Below are positions 1-11,749 of a DNA stretch of 52,795 nt, one piece after another. A program made the position numbers and the translations under genes. The stretch's first letter is position 1. Each line of letters starts with the position of its first letter. Source of the DNA: Coniocarpon cinnabarinum. Taxonomy: Eukaryota. A model generated the notes under the pieces. The model was given only the letters and a program-made list of their open reading frames with translations, had not been told where the DNA came from and searched no databases. Location of the stretch: contig JAVECO010000164.1 of NCBI GenBank assembly GCA_051942205.1, forward strand, positions 1 through 52,795, read 5' to 3'.

Positions 1-198
1 GGGGAGGAGAGGGAGGGTTGTTAGGGAGGTGTTCGTGGTTGTGTCATCAGTGCTGGTGAAGTCGGAAGGGATGAGGAGGGTTTGAGCATAGAGGACGAAG
101 CGGGGTGTCGTTGCCACTTGAGCAGCTCCAAGCGTGAAACAATAATGGAGAAAGAGGAAGGAAATGAAACCGAGCAGTATCACTCTCGAAGAAGCCAT
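1..198 (-). CDS. 5' end of a secreted protein running off the window; possibly a GH18 (ENGase/chitinase-like) glycoside hydrolase
   Basis: Not in the ORF track. ATG at 198 opens MASSRVILLGFISFLFLHYCFTLGAAQVATTPRFVLYAQTLLIPSDFTSTDDTTTNTSLTTLPLLP to the window edge. It has a signal-peptide-like N-terminus, then PRFVLYAQT...LPLL, which resembles the first strand of fungal GH18 ENGase-type proteins. The family call is tentative. Confidence 0.5.
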   Translation of the reverse strand, partial: MASSRVILLGFISFLFLHYCFTLGAAQVATTPRFVLYAQTLLIPSDFTSTDDTTTNTSLTTLPLLP

Positions 199-1377
199 AC
201 GACTGAGCTCGAGGCAGAGGAACTACCATTACTACTCACAGCGAGCATCTCTCGACATCTTACCGACGTTTCCTACTATATGAAGCTTGTATGCAACGAA
301 GTGCGGGTGATCTACAGACTTCGCGCTATTGATAAGGAGGTCACGCCAGCATCTTTGGGAAAATGTAACCACACGGTGGTAGCCAAGGATAGAAGGTGAC
401 CTTCCCTGTATAAGTTGAGATCCGCTGTAGACTTGCATATCTGATAGCGGCCTGCGAGCAGAAATGAGTCTATCATTCTTGCTGAGATGTTGGTAACATG
501 TCTGCTTTGCTAAAGATGTGTCGAAAGTAGGTGGAAAGAAGAAGGTCAATTGCGCTTCAGCATTTTGCTGGCACGCTGGGCAAGATTATTTTTGGATGCC
601 TGGTCGTTAAGGCAGCCAAAAGGAAGCTTCGCCCGTCGATAAATATCTCTATCAAACTGTTCGTATAGTGATGCTCAACTTCATCTCATACGAGTCCAAG
701 CTTCGCCACCATCATCTCGTGTTAAAGAGACTCTGCTGAGCTCGGCTACACAAGTCCCACCCAAATTGCTCTGCGTTTGCCGACTTCAAGCGTTTGGTGG
801 TGAAAATTTGCCCATTCATAGAACAAAGAATGATTTTGACTTCTTCAATCAACGTGACGAGGATGCTTCTGCGATTGAGGAGCTTCGCTGCAAGTGTGTG
901 GTGATGTGGGTGACAGCAAGTTTCTCAGCAGACTCAGCAAGCCGTTAGTAATTTCTTGCTGTGCTGCGGAATCTCATGGGCGTCCGGTGTGTAGGCGTCT
1001 GTTCGCAATGCGAACCATTCGGTACATGGCAACGTTCCGGTGCATGCTACACTGAAAACTTGACCCTCGTGGTTGTGGCAGTCTTGAAATAAACACATTT
1101 GAATCCAGTGACTAAAACAAAGCGTCATCAGTGGCAGAGGATTGCCTACTGCCACGCCACGGCGCCCGTTTGCTCTGCAGTGTCACAGCCCACGTGCCGA
1201 GATATCCATTGTTCTACCTCCATTTGCGCGGCGGTGTCCTCAACAAACCTTCGTTGACTGTCAATCAATGTCTAGTCGAATTTACGCCGTCGATCTCAGT
1301 GGAGCCTGCGAATGCTTCCTGCATGCCCCGATCTCCACTGCATAATGCCACATCTAGGCTGCCTCGTGTGTGCTGTG

Positions 1378-1605
1378 GGGACCTTGCAGGCATCCGTATG
1401 TCAAGATGTCGTGTTGAGCACGTGGGTAATAGTCGCAATTCCCCGGACCGACAGTGCTTACCTGTTGCCGGCTGCGCAATGAGATGTGCCCTCAGGACCT
1501 TGCAAGGATTTGCATGTCAAATGTCCTGTCACGCACGTGGTGCTTAATGTTGATCTCTGCATCACCAGGTCCCACATGCTGCAGGCTGCGCAATGAAATG
1601 GGTTC
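1378..1605. repeat. Diverged tandem duplication, about 115-bp unit x2
   Basis: ggaccttgcagggcatccgtatgtcaagatgtc...gcacgtgg...tgccggctgcgcaatgagatg is followed by ggaccttgcaaggatttgcatgtcaaatgtc...gcacgtgg...tgcaggctgcgcaatgaaatg. Confidence 0.85.
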
Positions 1606-2620
1606 CTGGATTCAATCAGTGTGCCGGAAGCGATGCACGAAATGCTTGACCGACAACGACGTATGCAGGTGTAGATATCGACGAAGTATTCGCTCATGAA
1701 CCCTCACCCTTGCGACCAATCGGCACTCGATCCATCCATCTAGCTTCTCGTTTTGTCAATCAGTTTTTGTGCTCCGCCGCCTGTTAGACACTTGCAAGCT
1801 CAACTATTCCCACCAACAAGCAATCGAAGACACATAACGGTCTTAGCGCCAATGAAAAATCGAATGATTCACAGCAAGCTCTTAGAGGGTGTAGCAAGCC
1901 AACGAGCCATGACGAGCAACCCGGTTAATGTTCCAGACGACCCGGCTTAGGGACGGTCACACACATAGGCTCTTTAGTGGGCTAATGCTGTGACAGAGAC
2001 ACGAGCATCAATTCACGTGGCAACCTTGACTCTGCTTCATTGGTACGGAAGTAGCCCACTTCCGCATCACGCAAGTGGATTCTATTAACGCATGCAGAGG
2101 CGAACACATACAGTGACGTGAGTTGCAGCCAACGAGAGCGCTCTCAGACCCGAAGTCTTTGCCTGTCCCTTGGCCTCTGTTTGTGCTTTTGCATTCTGAT
2201 GAGCGCGATCTGCAGGAATGCCCACCACCGCCTCGATGATGATACATGGAGCCCTCAACAAAGATTGGATGCTGCGTCGCTTTCAGACTCTTCCTTACGC
2301 TTATTTGATGGTCGCCACGGTGTGCAACATGTGAGCACCCGCAGGTCCTCACAGCCATCGACGGATCTTCGCAATTCTTGTGTTGCCTGGCTCGCTTGCA
2401 GGCGCCGATCATGCGAAGCCACATGGAGCGACAACCGAAGCGCACGTCTAGGCCTTGGTGCTCGGATTTGGTGTTAATGCTAGGGTGAGTCTGAGGTTTA
2501 TTTAAGCAACGCGAATCACCCTCGAAATGCAAGAGAATCAGCACCCGAATACATCATCTCCACATCAGAAAACAGCTCCTCCATAACAACCTATTTCGTG
2601 AACTTCAGTAAATTCTCGCA

Positions 2621-3114
2621 ATGACTGTCGAATTTAATAAAGACCTTGATGACCAGCTCTGGGACGATGATTCCAAGAAGGAGATTTGCACGGTACATTT
2701 TAAAGACACCGCGGAAGTCGACGGCCAGCCAGTCGAAGTCGACCATGAGGTCGTGATTACCACCAAGAAGAGTGACGACTTGAAGGTCATCGATCACGGT
2801 ACTGAACCTCCGGGATGCGAACTGCTCTTCTCGCGCCCGCTCCGCAATAGAAACATTCGCATGGCGCTTCCCAAGGACATGGTAAAGCATATTCAGGAAG
2901 TATTGAAAAACAACGAACCTGCTTGCAAAGAATTTGTGATCTAGTTCGTAGCTTCAAACTCTTGAGCACGCTCGTGGACTCGGAATGGCTGACTTGCTCT
3001 AGCCGTTTCCACAAGGATGATTTTGCTGGATATTGTGTCTATGGACCGACCCTGGGCCCAACGGGATTCTATATTACGACTGAAAATGATCATCGTCCTT
3101 TCTGTTCGGACTGA
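2621..3114 (+). CDS. Orphan protein, about 144 aa (family A, copy 1); exons 2621-2943, 3003-3114
   Basis: ORF MTVEFNKDLDDQLWDDDSKKEICTVHFKDT...EFVI. Intron gttcgt...gctgac...ctag (2944-3002) joins in frame to YRFHKDDFAGYCVYGP...FCSD*. Similar to the gene at 4168. Confidence 0.7.
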
Positions 3115-4167
3115 GTATGCAAAGATTCACTAAAGGCTAGTTTGTCTTCAGGTCGCCTGCTAACAATCATCAGAACGTCATACACTCGCTTTAAAGGCGC
3201 TTGTAGCACTGGCGACATAGTGTTTTGACAGCTGTCCACTCACGCAGCCTCAAGAGCTCACTCTGAGATGGCTTTTGCTCTGATAATTTGCGTGAGCTTG
3301 AAGATGTAGAGAGCTGTATCTTAGAGTTGTTGTCATTCTCAAGCGCAACGTTCAGCCGTCAACGTACGCACCTGTCTCAAGTAGACCTCCATTGATGGGA
3401 GATGCCATCCACTCTTTTAGACATTCATACTATTAATTGAATTACTATTGATCTAAACGCAACGCTCGTGCGAAAAAGTTATTCGTAAGCCTTGCTCAAA
3501 AGCGTAAAGATCACACGAGGCCTTGCGTTCTTCGGAGCCCTTGAGAATTGGTCCATAGCGAAGCACAACTGTCCTTACCTGCCCTGTCGATCGGGATGTG
3601 AACGTCAAACCGCGAAATCTGACAGGCGCGCAAGACTAGTTTCGCTTCTGCCATCAGAGTATGCACATCCTACGGCAATACATGTGAGATTACGCCACCG
3701 AAAACACACCAAGACTTTGACCGTTTGTCTGTCAGTCTATCTCCATCTTACACACCTTGGTGAAAATGTACTATGGTAGACCTCGGCGGTGCGTCCCCAA
3801 AGATGCACGGGGGTCGCAGCACAAACCTTCTGCCTCTCGGTTTGCAGCATGCTCCTAGTGTTGTTCGAGCATGGCCATGAAGTGCCACCTCGAAGCGTCA
3901 TTACCCGCAGGTCGCCCCGCGTAGGTTTTCTGTGCTCGTTTGTTGCTTGGCCAGCTGAAAACGCGATGCTGTGAGAGGAGACACACGGAACGAATAGTCC
4001 GGCCGCCGTTCGCACATGGAGAGTCAAACATCTGACGAGTTTCAGACTAGTTAAGCAACACAGCTGTGCTGCAATGCAGGGACAGCAGGCCCTTGAGTGC
4101 ATCGACTCCGAAATATTAGACTCCATCCATCACTACGCGCCTTTTGGTGGACGTTAACAATCCACTA

Positions 4168-4565
4168 ATGGCGGTCCTGACGAATACGGAAAATGACCAC
4201 CTGGTGTGGAACAGTGCCTCCAAGCAGACGATCTGCACAGTCCACTTCCCAGGCACGCGACGACCCGGGCATGTTGTCAAATTTACTACTGAGAACATGC
4301 AAATTGAAGACATCGTTCGTGAATCCAAGATTCCCTCCACTCATGCGCTCTACATCAAAGATATCCGCGAAGCGCTTCCTGATGCATTTTTCGACGCAAT
4401 TCACATTACAGTCATGCGTTACTCTCCTCGTTTCGAGTTTGAATTCGTGATCAGGTCTGTATTTAGAGTATACTCAATAACGTCTTGGTGTTACGGCGAC
4501 TGACTTCTGTTAGTGGATTCGACAATGAGACACCCTTTGGATTTTTGTCGATCGAGGCGGCTTGA
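4168..4565 (+). CDS. Orphan protein, about 112 aa (family A, copy 2); exons 4168-4454, 4514-4565
   Basis: MAVLTNTENDHLVWNSASKQTICTVHFPGT...EFVI aligns with copy 1. A phase-2 intron gtctgt...ctgac...ttag (4455-4513) sits at the same position after EFVI. Confidence 0.7.
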
Positions 4566-4946
4566 AACTTGGTTTGAATGGGCGAAATAATGGCATTGCT
4601 GAGTCTGCGCCGAAGTGCACCATGTGGAAGCTAGACAGTAGGGTCACGGACAAAAGTCATTGCTGGATCTCAGTTTGAGTGACGAGCCTGTATGATAAAA
4701 ATGATTCGGTCTATAAGTCTATGAGTACACCGGCGAAAGTCTTTTGTAACTCATCAGACGCTGAATTGTGGTGCGGAAAAATGCTGTTCGTGAAAGTCTT
4801 GAGGTGCAGCCTATTAAGGTACGGAAATTTCGTCAAAGATACGGAGATCTTTAGCATACACTAGTCTTGTGTTAGAAGAAGGCAGCTATTAAAGAGTACA
4901 GTTAGCTGTAACTCCGGAGCTTGTAATGGAGAAAAGTTCCAAAGGT

Positions 4947-5199
4947 ACAGCGCAGAGCATAGCCTAGTAGCACAAAGAAAGCGCGCCAGAAGCCAAAATC
5001 CTAAAGTATGCGAAAAATTTAATGCTATTTGCGGAGCATAGAGTACTGCACGCTCAATATTGACTCGAGCAACGAATTGCACGTAGCACGTGCCTGCGCG
5101 TCTCCACGGCCACGTGGTTCTCTCTTGCCTCGCATGTGTCACATGCATGCGGCCCACTCTGTTCCGAATCGGCTATGCGGACCGCACCCGTGAACGCCG
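4947..5199 (+). repeat. Left arm of a long imperfect inverted repeat (partner 7322-7570)
   Basis: For example atgctatttgcggagcatagagtactgcacgctcaatattgactcgagc versus the reverse complement of the right arm, atgctatttgcggagcgaaaagtactgtacactcaatatcgactcgagc. Confidence 0.85.
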
Positions 5200-6247
5200 T
5201 ATGTCCATAGATCCGGATCTACATAGACATGAAAGTAGTGCGCTGAACCTCTGGTGCAGCATTCCTGACCACCGGCCTTTAGCTCGAGCAGTACGTCTGG
5301 GACGTCCAGTCGGACATGTTTGATCAAATGATATAAATCAGTCCATACGCTCATGCCTCACGAACCTCATACTTCAATGCCTTGCGTACCTGCTGACCAG
5401 GATTTACCGTGCTTTGGAGTCGTTCAACTAAGCAGAGTCTCATCCGCTTTATCAACCAGTGTGTTAAACATGACCCTGGCAGATGGGAACGACCAGTGAC
5501 TTCGACGATTCCTGCAGGTACCAATAAACAGCACACGCGAAGATGAGGCATCTTCGCTCGAGCGTGATGTGTGGATACTCACACTGGCGGGTGGCCAAAG
5601 ACGGAGCACGCAAGTATGATGCCAGGGGGCTTATCATCGAACATTTGATAGCGCAATGCAGCGGTGGATGGCGTTTCAGACACTTTCGTCTTGACGCTTG
5701 ACATATGCCGGTCGTATGCGCTCTCTAGGTCTGAACTCACGCTTTTTCTGGGATATTATTATCGCGTGTACATGACTTCAATATCCGAGAGGCTGTGTAT
5801 GTCGATCGAAAGACAGCATCAGCGACGTCCACTCATCGTGGGACTCACGTACGCGCGCCGAGAAATATATGGCAACCATGGTCAGCTTGTTCAGAAAGCG
5901 CTCATCGCAAGGAGAATCGGCATTCTTGAGGTCTCTACAGACTGTCAAAGGGACCACGAGCTGTGCAAAATTCTTAGAAATCTCAAGTTACTACATGCAA
6001 CATTGAGTTCAAGAGTCCTCTCTGACAATGAGACCGTGAAAGCTGAGCCATTTTCATCATACCCGAGAGGCAACTGGGGACTGTCGAGTAATCCGCTTCC
6101 ACTTTCAACGGCGAGGCCGTCGCATCAACGCAAAGCCCTCCTCGTAGATCTCCACGTCCGTAAGGAAGATTAACCCGAGCCAGTCTTCGCTGATGTGACT
6201 ACGAGCTAGTAAGTATTTTGCGCGGCGCATTTGTGGATTGTGACTTA

Positions 6248-6751
6248 CTAAACCACTACCTTCCCAATGTAGGTATGCTTGCGGCTCTGCAATTCCTCCA
6301 CATGCTGCTGCAATTTGTCCTTATTGGCTGAGTCCAAGGTCCTATTGATGTCGTGAAGGCCGAGTTTACTAGCCTCTTCATCGGTGAGCTTGTCGCCCGG
6401 CCGCTTGTTGAACTTCCAAAGGCAATCATGAGGTGGTGAGTCTTTGTCGAAAGGACCTATGCCAGGCTTCCCAAGGTTGCGAGCGTAGACGGCCAGGGAC
6501 TCCTCAAATATTGGATGGTGTCGATTACAAATCATGACGAAGGTGTCTTCATCTGTTGATTCATCCTTTTCATGGGTCGTTTGCTCATACCAAGGTCGTT
6601 TGGACATGATGACAGTTTGTTTTTCTGCCGATTCATACTCTTTTGCGATTTCTGATTCAGACAAAGGTCGTTTGGGCATGACGACGGTGTCATCATCTGA
6701 TGGTTCGTCCACTTCTGGGATAGTTGGCGCATACCAAAGTCGTTTGGACAT
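6248..6751 (-). CDS. Orphan 167-aa protein with three N-terminal 24-aa (72-bp) tandem repeats
   Basis: Units MSKRLWYAPTIPEVDEPSDDDTVV / MPKRPLSESEIAKEYESAEKQTVI / MSKRPWYEQTTHEKDESTDEDTFV start at 6751, 6679 and 6607. The ORF is open with a protein-like C-terminal half. Confidence 0.65.
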   Translation of the reverse strand: MSKRLWYAPTIPEVDEPSDDDTVVMPKRPLSESEIAKEYESAEKQTVIMSKRPWYEQTTHEKDESTDEDTFVMICNRHHPIFEESLAVYARNLGKPGIGPFDKDSPPHDCLWKFNKRPGDKLTDEEASKLGLHDINRTLDSANKDKLQQHVEELQSRKHTYIGKVVV

Positions 6752-7321
6752 CTTGCGTATCTCTTAAGATAGTGTCAACACTTCGACGAGCTGAACCAGA
6801 TTCTCTCGCCTGCGCACAATGGAAACAGTTGTCAAAAATTTACAAACCACCTCGCAAGCTCATGGGGCAAGGTTTGCATGCCTGTGAGCAGCTCCCTGAG
6901 TAGAAATAGACATGAGAGCCTTGCAAACAGGCAAGCGGACCCCGCACAGGTGTTTGTCGCGGGCTTTAATTTAGTAAGAAGCAAAAGCATGATTCATTAT
7001 CGAGACATATGAGACATCAGGCGTACGAATGCCATAGATCTGCTTCGTCCAAGACTTCTCACCGCACAGCTGATTCGTCAGGACTCTGTGGTGCGACGCT
7101 TGAGTAAGGCAACCAGCGACGGACCAGTATCGAGCAGCTCCATTTGACATGATGCTGGTAAGTTCTCCCGAGAGCCGCATGGCGACGTTTCCGATGAGGC
7201 AGTTTTCAAGTGTGGTGTGATGTTCAGGCGAACCACTCATCCATGCAGTGCGACATGCAGATGCTGAGCAGAGCCGCGACGTGCAACGTCGGCCAAGCTT
7301 CATCACCATCATTCGTGTGAG

Positions 7322-7570
7322 GCGGCATTCACGGGTGCGGCCCGCATATCCGTTTCCACGAGGATAACAGAATGGTGCGCGTGTGATACGTGCCAGGCAA
7401 AGAGACAACCACGTGACTGTAGAGATGCGCGGGCACGCTATTCGCCGCTCGAGTCGATATTGAGTGTACAGTACTTTTCGCTCCGCAAATAGCATCAAAA
7501 TCTTCGCGTAACTTAGTGTTCTAGCATTTGACGAGCTTTCCTCGTGCTATTTAGCTATGCTCTGCTCTGT
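7322..7570 (-). repeat. Right arm of a long imperfect inverted repeat (partner 4947-5199)
   Basis: The reverse complement matches 4947-5199 along about 250 bp, including cacgtggtt, tatgcgg(g/a)ccgcacccgtgaa(t/c)gccg and gcagagcatagc. Confidence 0.85.
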
Positions 7571-10500
7571 TCAATAGCTGTCTTTTTTCCGACCGGATGT
7601 TCCAGATGTACTGTCTGGAGTTCATCGTAGTTGTCTGAAGCGCTGAATTCTTGTACCAGGACGTGAGGCAACTTATTTGATTATCACATGATTGATGATG
7701 TTGCCAAACACTGTGGAGGAGCTTTTGTGATAAAAAGAGGGTGGCTGGTAATTTGCCAAGACACCAGCCACATCATTACTGACTGCTACACCTCTCGCTG
7801 CTTCGAACCTTCCTTCCAGCATTTCAACAATCCATGGTAAGGCAGTAAATGCGCGGAGCCAAATTTCAGAGCAAGTTCGAAGTGCCCTCAAAAAGTCGCT
7901 GAAGGTTTGCCTAAATTTGAAGAGTATCAAGTATTCGGCTCCTTAGGATGATCCTCGTTTTTAAGTAAAAGACTTCGACAACGATATCTGCTGTCTATGA
8001 TAAAGTCTACTTCTTGCATGCAAGACTGGAGGAGAGATTCAAGGGGGCCTATGCGATACTAGAGCTCAAAGCGATTGCTCAGAAGAGGGCTTGACGTCCG
8101 GGAACTTCATGATAGCACTCGCAGTCATTGCGAAATCTTTGCATGCTCTAGAGACGATGCATCGAACGCTGAATCCCGACCATTGAAGAGAAGCTTGTGC
8201 TGAAGAGGCTGCTGAGGTATTTCTCCCGTGCAACGAAGCTTGCTTCGACCCTCTATTTACCAGGCTGTCGCATAGGTTTTGTCGTCAGGCCACACCTTGA
8301 GGCCAGACATGATAGACATTTCCGTCATCGATCCATTGCTTCAAGGTTGTCGGCTTCATACAGAAAGGCGATGGAAAATTCAGCGAGTCATACTCGATCT
8401 TCATCAGTTCCACGATGTTTGCCAATAGGCGTGGAGTGCGTATTCGTGCAAAAGGACGCACGCTTTTGCGGCGAACGTGCTCTGAAGCCAAACCAGTAAG
8501 AGCTTTGCCTATGCGAAAATTCCGTAATCTGCCGTGCCTTGTCACTGGCTCATGGGTCGGATTCAAAACTCGGAATGATCGGCTGATGTATTTATATAAA
8601 TGTCTACAGCAGCTTGGATACACCAAAGCCGGCAAGTCAACATCGCTTGCTGAACAATAATCCAGCAAAGTTTTCCGACGACACCGAGGAGAGGGGATCT
8701 CCTGGAAATTTTGGAAGAATTCTACTGATCATAACGTGCTTCGACTTCAGAACAAAAGGTGATGTTGATAAACACCACATGGTCTTAGCTCGAAACTATT
8801 TTGCTCTTCGCTGTCATTTCAAGAGCACTTAAATCTTACCCTAGATATGTCAGTGGCACGGTCAATCCTCTCATCGACTCCTGGCTCATGGCATCAAAAT
8901 CTCCTTCAAAAGCGCATGGACATAGTGACATTATTGCTTTGCATGCGTTTCACGAAGCCTCTCGTCACGTGCTCTTCGCAATCCCTCCTTGCTACTGATA
9001 TAAACTTTGGTAAAGGCTACAGACCAATTTTTGAATTAACATTGACCGCAGTATTTCCACCTGCATTAGAGTATGGCTGCAGGGGATCAGTGCGTGAAGC
9101 TGATCGACACAATATGCATTCTATTGCTTTAAGACACTATCAATGGTGCTTATGCTCTTGAATCTTGATGATGAATAGCGACAGCTTAGGAAAACGGATG
9201 AAACTATGAATTGCGCAACTTTGAGATGAATTCCAACCTGCGCGGACCACACTACTCCAACCCATCTGCTTTGTGCATTCTCAGATCCCCTATGCCGATC
9301 GAGGCCATCAGCCAAGATCGAATCTGAACACCCCAAGGAAGAAAGGAAACTCATGCTTTGGTCTCATATCAGATGTCTTCAAGATCACTCATAACTGACA
9401 AGCGGCTAAGGTCCGCGATAGACATGTCACAGGGTGGCGTCAGTACGCCGATGAGCAGCGACATCATTGGCGGTGCCGTTACGCTTTAGAAGAAGACGTT
9501 CAGCGCTTCGACAACGAGATCCCCCATGTCTCCCTCCCATCGCGGTTTCCTTTGGTTACCCGAGCTGACATTTTCCTGGCCACCCGGGCTCTCAGTTCGA
9601 ACCTAAACACCACTTATTTTACAAGTGCAAACTTCTTCAGCGTCAAGCATGACTAAGCATGTCACTTCGTTTTCTTTTCTTCCGAACACCTCTTCTCTTC
9701 TTAAAAAGCGCCAGAAGAGCATCAGGCCGCCCCGCGTTGAATCTATGAGGGGCAGACATCAAATGCGAGCAGCCCAAGCAGAGGGGCGCGAAGACCATCG
9801 AACACAATCAATTTGCTCATGCCCGATAATTGATATTGATAATGTCGATTTCCGACATCACTCTCACATCCAAGTGGATATTCTTCGGGTTTCGAGTCCT
9901 CTGGCCCCTATTAAAATGGCGAGTATGCTAGTATGAATCTCATGGGTGTCTGCTCTTTGCATGGGCATCAGTTCACACGTTGCACTTTTCCATTTTCATG
10001 GACCTTGATGCAGCAATTAGCGTTCGATACGTACATCTGGAATTGCTTCCTTCGCGTGCACGTGATCATTCCAATGTGTGGTCTAGGTATGGTCTCATGT
10101 GCGCTTCAGGCGGAGCAGTTGTCTGTCCTTCCAGCGATGCAACTCCAGTGATGCAATATCAGTTTGCAAAGCTTGCAAACCCAAAATGATCTGCGTTAGT
10201 AGTGATGACGAGAAGCATTATTCTCATAACGTTAAATTCCAGAAGGAACAACATCTCATGCACACCCGGATTCTTAGTCGTTCAGCCTCTTGACAAGGAA
10301 GTATTCATCCCCTCATAATGTTCACTGTCCCCTTGTCTTCATCTGTTGGCTCATGGAGCGCAATAAGGAAGCTGCATTGCTTCACATCCAGCAGAAAAGT
10401 GTTATACAAATGGAGGGTATCCTACGGAGGGCTGATCGGACACGTGACTGGATAGACTCATTTAAAAAGCTCTGGCATGCCAGACAACTGGATGACCAAT

Positions 10501-11749
10501 ACAGCGTGACATAACTTGGATATGGCTCAGTTAGCCAATAGGGGCGTTAACATCAAGACAGAGTTTTCTGAGCATATCTCATGCTGATCTCAATGCAGGA
10601 AATTTGCTGAAGTATGCTCATCATCTCACACGTGAAGTTGATCATCGACATCGTCGTGCCTTGAGATAGTCAATCGATGAAAGTCGCAAGCTGCGATTCC
10701 AAGCGTCTCGTGACCGTCTCGGTCCCCCCTTCCAAAGGCGGGATTGGTCATCCCCTCTTCATATCGATGCCATTCAGAGCATTTGCAGACTCTCTTCGTC
10801 TCTAGGGATCTTCTCGGTCCTCATTAAAGGAACTAGATATACTCTCTGTCTCATGCAGAAAGATGTTCGCGAGGGTCGATTCTGAGGGGTACAGGTGGTG
10901 GGTGCGTTCGCGTGATGTGCCACCAATATACGTTCCACGTTCCTCGAATCGAGGATGTTGATGTTCGTCCTTGTGTACGATGACGATTAGCATTTACTCT
11001 CTTACCATGAACCCAGAGCAGTTTCAGGGTATATTCAGTCGTCTCTCCAAATCATTTCCAATAGCTTCGCCGTCCAACGAGGAGGCCCTTGCTCCTTCAC
11101 AAAGTCACTGAACCACTTCATTGGCCTCTCGCTAACTGTAACAGCGTATTGACAGAAACAAAATAGCTCACAATACGAGACTGTATACGGAAATATAGCC
11201 GTACACGTGACCAAATTTCGCATGGTCAAATAGCCCTTAGAACACAGCATAACAGTCAAAGGAGCATCACTCGATCTCAACAACCTCTATAAACATCATG
11301 ATGATTGGGGTATATAGACAGGGAAGTAGAGTCTCGGCTATTTTCCGCACGGGCTTCAGTAAGGAACTTGCTCAGTCATGCCCATGCGTGACGCTGAACA
11401 TCGGCAGCTTTACTACTCAATAACGAACAAGTCGAAGTTACGAAACAACACAACGCTCAATACGCAAGTCTCCTCGCCTCTCTTTTGCTTTTGATACGTT
11501 CTCGCCCGTCCGTGCCGGTCTCTCACGTATGTCTTGAGCGTAAGTCTGTATTAAAAATGCCAGTACCATCGAATACCCCTATTGAGCTGGACTTCTAATA
11601 CCTTCTTATTGATTTGGAAGCCTAAAATCCATTTACTGATGAACCGATAAAGAGATACTGGCTACGGGGTCTCACCTGCTCCTCGCTAACCTCAGGGGCA
11701 AGTCCATTTTCGTGATGTGATGCGAATTAAGTTGTCCCGTGTGATCATG

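Noticed and set aside
7650..9350. Fragmentary ORFs suggesting a transposase or pseudogene
   Set aside because: No recognisable RT, integrase, DDE or other domain motif in any frame I could read.
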